In this document: piece by piece, positions 39,948 to 49,462 of the stretch | How the letters are laid out: each line of letters starts with the position of its first letter | How positions within the stretch are numbered: the first letter of the stretch is position 1 | Assembly: GCA_023438245.1 (NCBI GenBank) | Contig: JAEXRD010000149.1 | Location: 4,771 to 68,770 of the forward strand | Source of the DNA: Pseudomonadota bacterium | GTDB taxonomy: Bacteria > Desulfobacterota > Desulfovibrionia > Desulfovibrionales > Desulfovibrionaceae | Length of the DNA stretch: 64,000 nucleotides | Direction of reading: 5' to 3' | Notes under the pieces: model-generated | Told to the model about the DNA's origin: nothing | The model's database searches: none | The model's input: the letters and a program-made list of their open reading frames with translations, nothing else | Program-made: the position numbers and the translations under genes

Positions 39948-40724
39948 CTACGGGGCGCTCTGCACCGCCTGGCGCGGGGTGGCCCCGAACTCCTTGCGGA
40001 AGGCCGCGATGAAGGCCGAGGTGGAGGTGTAGCCGCAGTCCAGCGCCACCGCCGTGACGCTCCGGCCCGCCTCCAGCCCGTCCAGCGCGCCCAAAAGTCG
40101 CAGCCTGCGCCGCCAGGCCCGGAAGGACAGCCCGGTGTCGCGCAGGAACAGCCGCGTCATGGTGCGGCCGGACATGCCCGCCGGAGCGGCCAGCTCCTCC
40201 AGCGTGCGCGGGTCGTCCGGGGCGTGCTCCAGTTCGGCCACCACCCTGGCCAGGCGCTCGTCGCGCGGCAGCGGCAGGGAGAAGCGCACCTCCGGCAGCG
40301 CCCCCAGGCGGTCCAGCAGCACTTCCACCAGCCGCCCGTCCGGGCCGGATTCGTCGTACAGCGCGTCCAGGGCCGTCACCGCGCGGATGAGCTCGCGCGC
40401 CAGCGGCGTCACCGAGAGCACGCGGCAGGCGTCGGCCTGGATGCTTCCCTTCCAGCGCGCCGGGTCGATGTACAGTCCGCGCATTTTGGTGCGCTCCACC
40501 GTGACCACGGAATGGGGCAGGCCCGGCGGCACCAGGATGGCGCGCTGGGGCGGGGCCAGGTAGCTGCCGGAGCGCGTGCGCACGCCCAGCACCCCGCGCG
40601 TGGCCCAGGAGAGCTGGAGCCAGGGGTGGCTGTGCTCGCGCACCCAGGAGGGCCGGGGCAGTTCCTCCACGCGGGCGAACACGGGCCGGGGCAGTTGGTC
40701 CAGGTCAGGCAGGATGCGTTCCAT
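39948..40724 (-). CDS. AraC family regulator (cupin + HTH)
   Basis: HSHPWLQL; GMSGRTMTRLF; GYTSTSAFIAAFRK. Confidence 0.92.
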   Translation of the reverse strand: MERILPDLDQLPRPVFARVEELPRPSWVREHSHPWLQLSWATRGVLGVRTRSGSYLAPPQRAILVPPGLPHSVVTVERTKMRGLYIDPARWKGSIQADACRVLSVTPLARELIRAVTALDALYDESGPDGRLVEVLLDRLGALPEVRFSLPLPRDERLARVVAELEHAPDDPRTLEELAAPAGMSGRTMTRLFLRDTGLSFRAWRRRLRLLGALDGLEAGRSVTAVALDCGYTSTSAFIAAFRKEFGATPRQAVQSAP

Positions 40725-40838
40725 GCTTTGTCCGTTTCGCGCTATATGTTGTCATTTTGCCGATAGACCGCAGGCCTGGTTTCGCCGTACCGGTTTTCGG
40801 CAAGCTGTGCAACGATTCAACACCAAGGAGGGCACCCC

Positions 40839-41849
40839 ATGCTCGCAAGGCGTCTCAAGGCCATCGCGCGCGACTGGTTCCTCGTGGGCATGATCAGCGC
40901 CGTGGTGCTGGCCACCCTGTTCCCGGACTTCGGCCGCAGCGGCGGCACCATGCGCGCCGACGTGGCCGCCGACGTGGGCATCTTCCTGGTGTTCCTGTTC
41001 CACGGCATCGGGCTTTCCACCGACAGCCTGAAGCAGGGCGTCTCGCGCTGGAAGCTGCACCTCATGGTGCAGACCATGACCTTCGTCATGTTCCCCATCC
41101 TCTGGCTGGCGCTGAACAGCGTGTTCGAGAGCGTGATTCCGCCCTACCTGATGCTGGGCTTTCTGTACCTGTGCGCGCTGCCCTCCACCATCTCCTCGTC
41201 GGTGGCCATGACGGCCATCGGCAAGGGCAACGTGCCCGGGGCCATCTTCAACGCCACGCTCTCCAGCCTGCTGGGCATCTTCCTGACGCCGCTCATCATC
41301 AGCCTGGCCATGCAGGGCGGCGGCGGGGCGGAGGGCCTGTCGCTCCTCGACGCCATGCTCAAGATCGCCAAGCTGCTGCTGCTGCCCTTCGTGCTGGGCC
41401 AGGTGCTGCGCCGCTTCATCGGCGTGTGGTTCAGCCGCTACAAGAAGTACATCAACAACTTCGACAAGGGCGTCATCCTCATGCTGGTGTACGCCTCGTT
41501 CTGCGACTCGGTGAAGGCGGGCCTGTGGACCAACTACGGCCTGGGCACCATCGCGCTGACCATGCTGGGGGCAGGGGGCATCCTGATGGTCGTGCTGGCC
41601 ATCACCACCTTCTCGGCCAAGCGGCTGGGCTTCGACAAGGAGGACGAGATCGCGGCGGTGTTCTGCGGATCGAAGAAGACACTGGCCTCGGGAGTGCCCA
41701 TGGCCAAGCTGCTCTTCGGCATGCATCCCGGTCTGGGCCTCATCGTGCTGCCCATCATGTTCTACCACCAGCTCCAGCTCTTCGGCTGCTCCATCCTGGC
41801 GGAGCGCTATGCCCGCAGGCTTGAGCCCGTGCCCGTCCGGGCGGAGTAG
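40839..41849 (+). CDS. Bile acid:sodium symporter-like transporter (YfeH-like)
   Basis: LPSTISSSVAMT..GKGN, FCGSKKTLASG, YHQLQL. Confidence 0.9.
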   Translation: MLARRLKAIARDWFLVGMISAVVLATLFPDFGRSGGTMRADVAADVGIFLVFLFHGIGLSTDSLKQGVSRWKLHLMVQTMTFVMFPILWLALNSVFESVIPPYLMLGFLYLCALPSTISSSVAMTAIGKGNVPGAIFNATLSSLLGIFLTPLIISLAMQGGGGAEGLSLLDAMLKIAKLLLLPFVLGQVLRRFIGVWFSRYKKYINNFDKGVILMLVYASFCDSVKAGLWTNYGLGTIALTMLGAGGILMVVLAITTFSAKRLGFDKEDEIAAVFCGSKKTLASGVPMAKLLFGMHPGLGLIVLPIMFYHQLQLFGCSILAERYARRLEPVPVRAE

Positions 41850-41934
41850 GGGCCCGTTGCGAAAAGCGCCGTTTCTGGCTTGGGCCGCATCCCCCCTCGC
41901 CGGGGAACAAGCACCATCCTTTGGAAACAGGCCC
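41850..41934. repeat. Shortened relative of the structured repeat, copy C
   Basis: Imperfect terminal IR GGGCCCGTTGCGAAAAG/CTTTGGAAACAGGCCC; CCTCGCCGGGGAACAA matches CCT(C/A)GCCAG(C/G)GAACAA of copies A and B. Confidence 0.5.
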
Positions 41935-41943
41935 GGCGAAAGG

Positions 41944-43575
41944 CTAGCGCCGCGTGCGGCCCTTCGGAGCCTTGCCGGAATTGCCTGCCCGTCCTGATGA
42001 GGGAGGGGTGCAGGGGCGTCCGTCCTGCGGCGTAGCCGCATGCAGGGCCAGGCGCTCCTCCAGCCCCGCCGCCGCCTCGCCCAGGTCCACGCGCAGAACA
42101 CGCTCCACCTCGTCCACGGCCACGCTGCCGATGGCCGCGCCCTTGATCTTGCGCACGTCCTTGACCTTGGCCAGCAGCACGTCGGCGCGGCTGTCGTCCT
42201 TGCGCCAGCTCCTCAGCGCGCAGAGCGTGGCGGCCTCCATGAGGCTTTGCTCCGGCACGTCCTGGTCCGGGTGGTCGCGCCGCAGGATGACGTGGGCGCT
42301 GGGCCCGCCCGCCACGTGCAGCCAGTAGTCGAAGGGGCTGGCGGCCTTGGAGAGGATGTCGTGGTTGGCCTGCTGGCTCTTGCCGCGCACGGCCGTGAAG
42401 CCGTCCGAGGTGCGGAACAGGGCCACGGCCAGGCCCTGGTAGCGCTTGGGCAGAAGTTCGGCCTGGGGTGCGGGCTTCGGAGTGTCCGCCGACGCTTGGC
42501 GCGCCGGAACCACGGGCGACTCGGCCAGCTCCTCGCGCAGGCCCGAGGCGCGCCGCCTGGCGTGCTCCAGCCCGCGCCTGCCCTTGGCCGCCAGCTTGAA
42601 CAGCCGGGCCATGTTCTCGGATGGGCTTAGGCGCGGATCGAGCGGCACCTCCACCGGCCCCTTCGTGGGATGCTCCAGGGTCATGGACTCGGCCTTGGGC
42701 GTCTGCCCGAGCCCCGAGAGCGCGGCCTGCAGGGCCTCGGCGGCGGTGGACAGCGCGGCCAGCCGGGCGTGGCGGTCCTGGTCGTCGGCCAGCAGCTTCA
42801 GCCTGCGGCGCAGGCGCTTCTCCTCGGCCTGGGCCTGCTCCAGCGCCTCCTTCTGCTCCAGCCGGGCCAGCTGCGGAAACAGCGTGCGCAGGCCGTGGGC
42901 CGTGGCGGCCTCCCCGGCGCTGGGGAACGTCTCCGTGCCGGGCAGGCCCTCGTCCCAGGCCAGGGGCGGGCGGTCGCCGGGGGCCAGGAAAAGCGGCCCG
43001 CAAGGCGAGTCCTCCGGCCGGGCCAGCGCGTCCAGCAGGGCCTGGGCCTCGGCTGGGCTCTTTTCGTGCAGGGCCGCCAGCCTGCGGCGCAGAAGCGGGG
43101 TGAGCTGCGGGAACTCGCGCCAGATCTCCGGCTCGGCCAGGATGCGCGCGAGCGGGGGCCAGGCGGCCTCCGGGACCTCCGGGAAGTCCTCGGCCAGGAT
43201 GAGGCCCTCGCGCAGGTCCAGCACCAGCCAGCGCCCGGCGGCGGGCACCTCGCGCGGGTTGAGCTCGAAGGCCAGGCGCAGGTTCGGCCAGTCCGCGCGG
43301 GCGCGGAGCAGGCGGCGGCCCTGGGCGCGCTTGCGCAGCCACATGACGCGGGCCGGTGCGGTGAGCGGGTTGGCCGGGCGCTCCGGCGAGACAAAGAGAA
43401 GGCCCGCCGTTTTGGCGGGCCTGAAGATCAGGATGAGCTTGCCGCTGCCGGGGCCTTGGGGCGAAAAGGTCAGCGCCAGGACGCCCTCGGCGGGGCCATG
43501 GATCTTTTCGATGCGGCGTCCGGTGAGCGCCGCGCCCAGCTCGCGGGCCAGGCGGCGGAAGAAACTGGCTTCCAT
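41944..43575 (-). CDS. NFACT RNA-binding domain protein (RqcH/FbpA-like)
   Basis: LDPRLSPSENMARLFKLAAK; RGKSQQAN, DYWLHVAGGPSAHVIL. Confidence 0.88.
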   Translation of the reverse strand: MEASFFRRLARELGAALTGRRIEKIHGPAEGVLALTFSPQGPGSGKLILIFRPAKTAGLLFVSPERPANPLTAPARVMWLRKRAQGRRLLRARADWPNLRLAFELNPREVPAAGRWLVLDLREGLILAEDFPEVPEAAWPPLARILAEPEIWREFPQLTPLLRRRLAALHEKSPAEAQALLDALARPEDSPCGPLFLAPGDRPPLAWDEGLPGTETFPSAGEAATAHGLRTLFPQLARLEQKEALEQAQAEEKRLRRRLKLLADDQDRHARLAALSTAAEALQAALSGLGQTPKAESMTLEHPTKGPVEVPLDPRLSPSENMARLFKLAAKGRRGLEHARRRASGLREELAESPVVPARQASADTPKPAPQAELLPKRYQGLAVALFRTSDGFTAVRGKSQQANHDILSKAASPFDYWLHVAGGPSAHVILRRDHPDQDVPEQSLMEAATLCALRSWRKDDSRADVLLAKVKDVRKIKGAAIGSVAVDEVERVLRVDLGEAAAGLEERLALHAATPQDGRPCTPPSSGRAGNSGKAPKGRTRR

Positions 43576-43611
43576 CCGCGGTCCTCCCGGCGTCGGGCCG
43601 ATTGCTGCGGG

Positions 43612-43974
43612 CTAGTCGCCCCGCACCATCTCGTCTTCTTCCTGTTTGCTCTTGCAGTTGATGCACAGGGTGGTCATGGGCCGGGCCTTGAGGCGCGGCA
43701 CTCCGATCTCCTCCCCGCACTCCACGCATAGGCCGAACTCGCCGTCCTCGATGCGCGTGAGAGCCTGCTGGATCTTCTTGATGAGCTTGCGCTCGCGGTC
43801 GCGCAGGCGCAGGGTGAAAGCCCGGTCGGACTCCGCGGTGGCGCGGTCGGCCGGGTCGGCGTATACCTCGACGGTCTCGGTCATGTCGTCGATGGTGGCC
43901 TGTCCCTGCTGGAGGATCTCCTCCAACATGGAATTCAGCATGTCTCGGAAGAACTGGATGTCTTTCGCTTCCAT
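43612..43974 (-). CDS. dksA: RNA polymerase-binding protein DksA
   Basis: DPADRAT.E, CVECGEEI..RLKARP.TTLCINCK; true ATG 43974 with AGGAG RBS. Confidence 0.95.
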   Translation of the reverse strand: MEAKDIQFFRDMLNSMLEEILQQGQATIDDMTETVEVYADPADRATAESDRAFTLRLRDRERKLIKKIQQALTRIEDGEFGLCVECGEEIGVPRLKARPMTTLCINCKSKQEEDEMVRGD

Positions 43975-44218
43975 GAAGAATCTCCTGGGTGAGAGGCCGT
44001 CCCCGGGGGCCGACGGTCCTCGCCGAATAGAAACAGAACGGGCCAGATAAACCAAAAATGGTCGGGTTGTAAAGAGGTCAATAGGCCGCGCCCCGCAAGA
44101 CCTCGCGGAGGGCGCCCGGCGACCGGGGCTGGCGGGCGGATGCTCACGGGGGGAAAGCCGGTTTTGGGCCAAAAGCGGAACGTTTGCGCTGGGCTGCAAA
44201 AAATGCTGCACCCGATGC

Positions 44219-44247
44219 TTGACACCGGGCGGGGTCGCGGGTAGAAG
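44219..44247 (+). promoter_or_regulatory. sigma70 promoter of the tRNA operon
   Basis: TTGACA-N17-TAGAAG. Confidence 0.7.
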
Positions 44248-44261
44248 GTGTCTCCCTTTGA

Positions 44262-44336
<75 letters not shown>

Positions 44337-44345
44337 AAGGAAAAC

Positions 44346-44420
44346 GGCGGCATAGACAAGTGGTAAGGCAGAGGTCAGCAAAACCTCCATCCTCCGGTTC
44401 AAATCCGGATGCCGCCTCCA
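44346..44420 (+). tRNA. tRNA-Cys(GCA), atypical (A33, D-stem mismatch)
   Basis: Acceptor GGCGGCA/TGCCGCC, U73, CCA; anticodon stem GAGGT/ACCTC, loop CAGCAAA. Confidence 0.88.
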
Positions 44421-44423
44421 CGA

Positions 44424-44498
<75 letters not shown>

Positions 44499-44508
44499 AA
44501 GAACGAAC

Positions 44509-44540
44509 AAGGCCGACCCCGGTGACGGAGTCGGCCTTTT
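44509..44540 (+). terminator. Intrinsic terminator after the tRNAs
   Basis: AAGGCCGAC..GTCGGCCTT stem with T tail. Confidence 0.8.
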
Positions 44541-44569
44541 CGTTTGCCCGCGCCCGGCGCGCTGCGGCG

Positions 44570-45079
44570 CTAGAAGCGGTTGTGGTGCACCAGCTCGGCC
44601 TTGTAGCGGTCCTCGCGGCCCTTGGTCTCCGCCGGGTGGCCGATGGGGATGAACGAGTGCGGCACCACCCCGGCGGGGCAGCGGAACAGCGCGGCGAAGG
44701 CCTCCTCGCGGTCCTTCATGGGGTGGATTCCCGTCCACACCGCGCCCAGGCCCAGGTCGTGGGCGGCCAGCAGCAGGTTCTGCACCGCGGCGGAGCAGTC
44801 CACCACCCAGTAGCCGGGATATTTTTCCACCCGCGTGTCGCCGCAGACCAGGATGCCCAGCGGGGCCTTGGCCGCCATCTTGATGTAGGGGTGCATGGTG
44901 GCTACCTTGGCCAGGATGTCCGGCTCGCTGACCACCACGAAGCGCCAGGGCTGGGCGTTGCCCGCGCTGGGGGCGGCCATGGCCGCGCGCAGCAGCACCT
45001 CCACCTGCTCCGGCGTCACGGGCTGGTCGGTGTACTTGCGGATGCTGCGGCGAGCGTGGATGGCGTCCAGGGTGTTCAT
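44570..45079 (-). CDS. Nitroreductase family protein
   Basis: RRSIRKY, APSAGNAQPWRF, GLGAVW. Confidence 0.93.
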   Translation of the reverse strand: MNTLDAIHARRSIRKYTDQPVTPEQVEVLLRAAMAAPSAGNAQPWRFVVVSEPDILAKVATMHPYIKMAAKAPLGILVCGDTRVEKYPGYWVVDCSAAVQNLLLAAHDLGLGAVWTGIHPMKDREEAFAALFRCPAGVVPHSFIPIGHPAETKGREDRYKAELVHHNRF

Positions 45080-45101
45080 GGCGGTCTCCTTATACTGATG
45101 G

Positions 45102-46151
45102 TTACGGGGCTGCCACGGGGTGCGTGCGGCCCCGCTCGTCGAACCAGGCCAGCAGACGGCCGGCGGCGTCTTCCACGACGGTGAGCTCGGAGAACACGGG
45201 CCTGTGCCCGGAAAGGGCCGAGAGCACCGGCCCGGTGTTGAGGAACAGCGCGTCCACGTAGCGTACGGCCCGGCCTCCGGCGGGGACGGGCAGGGCTCCG
45301 TCCTGCAGGCTGGCCTGCGGAATGACCGGCGGGCCGAGGTAGCTGGCCGGATGCCCGGCGAACCAGGCGTAGGTGCCGAAGATGCTGGCGCTGCGGCCCA
45401 GCTCGGCCAGTTCCTGGCGCGGCACCTGGCGCAGCGTGACGGACGGGTGGGGCCGGGCGACGTCGGGCAGCTCGGCGGTGGTGACGGTGAGCTCCCCGCC
45501 GCGGCGCACCACGATCTTCCAGTACCAGGGCGACAGGGCGTCCGGGATGGCCGTGACCTCGTCGAAGGAGGCCAGGCGCCTGGTGAGCAGGGCCTCGTAG
45601 CGGTGCTGCACGTTCAGGCGCAGGGCGTTGCAGGCCAGCGGGTAGCATACCAGCAGCGCCAGCCCGGCCAGCGCGTAGGCCCGGCGGCTGGCCCCGGAGG
45701 GCGCGGGGAGCTGGCGGCCCAGCAGCAGGCAGGCATAGAGCGCCACGGTGAAGGCCGGGTCCACCACGAACACGCCCTCGATGCTCAGGCGCGCGTTGGA
45801 GAAGGGCAGCAGCACCTGGGTGCCGAAGGCCGTCACCACGTCCAGGAAGATGTGCGTGGCCAGGGCCAGGGCCGCGGCTGTCCAGGCCCGCGCCAGCGTG
45901 AGCCGCGCGCCCATTTTCCTGGCCGCCCAGGCCAGCAGCAGGGCGAACACAGGCAGGAAGAACACGGAGTGCGTGATGCCCCGGTGGTGGAGCAGGTAGC
46001 TCTCCAGGCTGAAGTAGCGGCTCAGGATGTCCACGTCCGGTATGGTCGCCGCCACGCCGCAGAGCAGCGACAGCGGCCTGCGCCGTTTGGGATCGGGCTC
46101 CAGGGCCTGGGCGGTCAGCAGACCGGCGGCAAGGTGGGTGACGGGTTCCAT
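45102..46151 (-). CDS. Membrane metal-dependent hydrolase (YdjM-like)
   Basis: MEPVTH, IPDVD, HRGITHS, THIFLD; ATG 46151. Confidence 0.88.
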   Translation of the reverse strand: MEPVTHLAAGLLTAQALEPDPKRRRPLSLLCGVAATIPDVDILSRYFSLESYLLHHRGITHSVFFLPVFALLLAWAARKMGARLTLARAWTAAALALATHIFLDVVTAFGTQVLLPFSNARLSIEGVFVVDPAFTVALYACLLLGRQLPAPSGASRRAYALAGLALLVCYPLACNALRLNVQHRYEALLTRRLASFDEVTAIPDALSPWYWKIVVRRGGELTVTTAELPDVARPHPSVTLRQVPRQELAELGRSASIFGTYAWFAGHPASYLGPPVIPQASLQDGALPVPAGGRAVRYVDALFLNTGPVLSALSGHRPVFSELTVVEDAAGRLLAWFDERGRTHPVAAP

Positions 46152-46216
46152 ACCTGTAAGTCTAACGCAGCCAGCGCCGAAAGCAAGGGCAGGCGGCCCC
46201 AAACCCCGCGCAGGTG

Positions 46217-46245
46217 TTGACCTTCGGCGCGATGGCGGGTAGTTT
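46217..46245 (+). promoter_or_regulatory. Putative sigma70 promoter of psd-pssA
   Basis: TTGACC-N17-TAGTTT. Confidence 0.5.
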
Positions 46246-46313
46246 CCGCCCAGCCGGGCCACCTGCGCAGTGCGTAGCGGGCGGGCAGTCGCTTCCAAAA
46301 TTTGTGAGGAATC

Positions 46314-46952
46314 ATGCGCAAACCGTCCATCGGCCTGAGCCTTGAGGGCCTGCCGAGCATCGGCCTGACCGCCTTCGCCACCCTGGTCTTCGCGGCCATG
46401 GGCTGGTGGCTCCTGGCCCTGATCCTGCTTGTCGTCACCTGCCTGGTGGTGAATTTCTTCCGCGATCCCGAGCGCGTGGCCCCCGAGGACGTGGACGCCG
46501 TGGTGTCGCCCGCCGACGGCCGCGTGGTCAAGGTGGACTTCGCCCCGGACCCGGTTTCCGGCCAGGTGCGCCAGGTGGTCTGCATCTTCATGAACGTCTT
46601 CGACGTGCACGTGAACCGCGCGCCCGTGGAGGGCAGCGTGGAGCTCATCCGCTACATCCCCGGCAAGTTCTTCAACGCCAGCCTGGACAAGGCCAGCACC
46701 GACAACGAGCGCAACATCGTGGTCATGGGCCGCGGGGCCGACCGCTTCACCATGGTGCAGATCGCTGGGCTCATCGCCCGCCGCATCGTGTGCTGGGCCG
46801 AGGCCGGGGACATCCTGCGCCGGGGCGAGCGCTTCGGTCTGATCAAGTTCGGGTCCAGGGTTGACCTCTACCTGCCCGATGGCTATGCTGTGAAGGTCTA
46901 TGTGGGCGAAACCGTCCGCGCGGGCGAGACGGCCATCGCCGTCCGCAAGTAG
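46314..46952 (+). CDS. psd: Phosphatidylserine decarboxylase
   Basis: FFRDPER, SPADG, FDVHVNRAP, KFGSRVD cleavage motif. Confidence 0.93.
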   Translation: MRKPSIGLSLEGLPSIGLTAFATLVFAAMGWWLLALILLVVTCLVVNFFRDPERVAPEDVDAVVSPADGRVVKVDFAPDPVSGQVRQVVCIFMNVFDVHVNRAPVEGSVELIRYIPGKFFNASLDKASTDNERNIVVMGRGADRFTMVQIAGLIARRIVCWAEAGDILRRGERFGLIKFGSRVDLYLPDGYAVKVYVGETVRAGETAIAVRK

Positions 46953-46979
46953 CGCGGACAACTGAAGCCCGGAGAAAAC

Positions 46980-47750
46980 ATGGCCAAGGACAAGCCGCTT
47001 CCGCGACACAAGGGCGTGTACATCCTGCCCAACCTGTTCACCACCGCGAGCCTCTTTCTGGGGTTCATGGGGATGATCTGGGCCATTGAGGGGCAGTTCG
47101 AGTACACGGCCCTGTGCATCCTGGGCTCCTGCCTGTTCGACGGGCTGGACGGAAAGGTCGCGCGCTTGACCAACACCACCAGCGAGTTCGGCGTGCAGTT
47201 CGACTCCCTGGCCGACCTGGTGGCCTTCGGCGCCACCCCGGCGCTGACCATGTACCTCTGGCAGTTGCACAGCTACGGCAACCTGGGCCTCATGGCCTCG
47301 TTCCTGCTCGTGGCCTGCGGCGCGCTCCGGCTCGCGCGGTTCAACGTGCAGGCCGCCGTCACCAGCAAGAAATTCTTCGTGGGCCTGCCCATTCCGGCCC
47401 AGGCCAGCACGCTGGCCACGCTCATCCTGTTCGCCCCGCACCTGCCGCCGGCCTGGATCTCCGAGGTTCTGCCCCCGGTGACGCTGGTGCTGGTGTACGC
47501 GCTGTCCTTCCTCATGGTCAGCACCATGCGCTACGCCTCGTTCAAGGAGTACGGCTTCATCAAGGCCCACCCCTTCAGCTCCATGGTCACGGTCATCCTG
47601 CTCTTCGTCCTCGTGGCCTCGCGCCCGAAGATGCTGGGCTTCGTCTTCTTCCTGGGCTACATCCTTTCCGGCCCGCTCTACACCCTGTTCATCCTCTCCC
47701 CTCGCGGGTCCAAGCTGCTACGAGAGTCCCAGCAGAAGGAACCCTCGTAA
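46980..47750 (+). CDS. pssA: CDP-diacylglycerol--serine O-phosphatidyltransferase
   Basis: DGLDGKVAR....SEFG..FDSLAD; RLARFN; FVGLP. Confidence 0.95.
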   Translation: MAKDKPLPRHKGVYILPNLFTTASLFLGFMGMIWAIEGQFEYTALCILGSCLFDGLDGKVARLTNTTSEFGVQFDSLADLVAFGATPALTMYLWQLHSYGNLGLMASFLLVACGALRLARFNVQAAVTSKKFFVGLPIPAQASTLATLILFAPHLPPAWISEVLPPVTLVLVYALSFLMVSTMRYASFKEYGFIKAHPFSSMVTVILLFVLVASRPKMLGFVFFLGYILSGPLYTLFILSPRGSKLLRESQQKEPS

Positions 47751-47908
47751 GGCCCACGCTTCCCACGACCAGTCTCATTTCCGGCCTTGAGGGGGATTCC
47801 CTCTCCTGGGACGTCATCCGTTGGCGGGCGCTTGCCCGCCTTCGTCGTTTCCCGTTTCTTGCCAGCCAAACACGAACCAGATACGCTCAAAAATCATAGG
47901 AGGACTCC

Positions 47909-49462
47909 ATGTCGGACCGCGTCTACATCTTCGACACCACCTTGCGCGACGGAGAGCAGTCCCCCGGCGCCACCATGAACCAGGAGGAGAAGGTCAGCCT
48001 CGCCAAACAGCTCGAAACCCTGGGCGTGGACATCATCGAGGCCGGTTTCCCGGCCGCCAGCCAGGGCGATTTCGAGGCCGTGCAGGCCATCGCCCGCAGC
48101 GTCAAGACCATCAAGGTCGCGGCCCTGTGCCGCGCGCTGGACCGCGACATCGAGCGCGGCTGGGAGGCCATCAAGGACGCCGCCCACCCGCGCATCCACA
48201 CCTTCCTGGCCACCAGCGAGATCCACATGGTGCACAAGCTGCGCAAAACGCGCGAGCAGGTGCTGCAAATGGCCGAGGCCGCTGTGAAGAAGGCCGTGAG
48301 CCTGTGCCCGGACGTGGAATTCTCCGCCGAGGACGCCTCGCGCTCGGACTGGGACTTCCTGGCCACGGTCTGCGAGACCGTCATCCGCGCCGGGGCCAAG
48401 ACCGTCAACATCCCCGACACCGTGGGCTACGCCCAGCCCTTCGAGTTCGGCGAGCTCATCGCCTACCTGCTCAAGAAAGTGCCCAACGCTGGGGACGCCG
48501 TGTTCAGCGTGCACTGCCACAACGACCTGGGCCTGGCCGTGGCCAACTCGCTTTCGGCCATCCGGGCCGGGGCGCGCCAGGCCGAGGTCACGCTCTGCGG
48601 CATCGGCGAGCGCGCGGGCAACGCCAGCCTCGAAGAGCTGGTCATGGCCCTGCACACCCGGCACGAACTGTACAAGGTGGACTGCGGGGTGAAGACCAAG
48701 CAGCTCTACCCCTCCTGCCGCCGCCTCTCGCAGATCATCGGCCAGCCCATTCCGCCGTACAAGGCCATCGTGGGCCCCAACGCCTTCGCGCACGAGTCCG
48801 GCATCCACCAGGACGGCGTGCTCAAGAACCCGCTGACCTACGAGATCATGACCCCCGAGAGCGTGGGCCGCTCCGGCACGGACATGGTCATCGGCAAGCA
48901 TTCCGGCAGCCACGCCATCAAGTCCAAGCTGGCCGAGCTGGGCTACACCCTGGACGACCAGCAGCTGGCCGTGGTCTTCGCCGCGGTGAAGGAACTGGCG
49001 GACAAGAAGGAGCGCATCTTTGACGAGGACGTGGAAGCCCTCGTGCTGGAGATGGTCTACCGCCGCCGCGACAAGTATCGCCTGAAGGACATGAGCGTGT
49101 TTTCCGGCACGGGCGGGGTGCCCCCGCACGCCGCGCTGGTGCTCGACATCATGGACGGCGAGAGCATCGTTGAGGAGAAGCGCTGCTCCTCCTTCGGCGA
49201 AGGGCCCATCGACGCCCTGTTCGCCTGCATCGGCTCCATCGTGGGCTACCAGCCCGCCCTGGACCGCTTCCAGATCAACGCCGTCACCGGGGGCACGGAC
49301 GCCCAGGCCACGGTGATGGTGCGCATACAGCACGATGGCAAGAAAAGCGTGGGCCGCGGCACCAACGAGGACATCCTCGTGGCCAGCGCCATGGCTTTCC
49401 TCAACGCACTGAACCGTTTGGAGAAAATGAGAGAGGAGAAGGTCGAATGTCCCACACTTTAG
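47909..49462 (+). CDS. leuA: 2-isopropylmalate synthase
   Basis: [34 protein letters not shown]. Confidence 0.97.
   Translation: MSDRVYIFDTTLRDGEQSPGATMNQEEKVSLAKQLETLGVDIIEAGFPAASQGDFEAVQAIARSVKTIKVAALCRALDRDIERGWEAIKDAAHPRIHTFLATSEIHMVHKLRKTREQVLQMAEAAVKKAVSLCPDVEFSAEDASRSDWDFLATVCETVIRAGAKTVNIPDTVGYAQPFEFGELIAYLLKKVPNAGDAVFSVHCHNDLGLAVANSLSAIRAGARQAEVTLCGIGERAGNASLEELVMALHTRHELYKVDCGVKTKQLYPSCRRLSQIIGQPIPPYKAIVGPNAFAHESGIHQDGVLKNPLTYEIMTPESVGRSGTDMVIGKHSGSHAIKSKLAELGYTLDDQQLAVVFAAVKELADKKERIFDEDVEALVLEMVYRRRDKYRLKDMSVFSGTGGVPPHAALVLDIMDGESIVEEKRCSSFGEGPIDALFACIGSIVGYQPALDRFQINAVTGGTDAQATVMVRIQHDGKKSVGRGTNEDILVASAMAFLNALNRLEKMREEKVECPTL

Noticed and set aside
44371..44387. UCA (UGA-reading) anticodon in the odd tRNA-Cys, tempting given the selenoprotein
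   Set aside because: The only good stem (GAGGT/ACCTC) centres GCA; no stem centres TCA and there is no long variable arm
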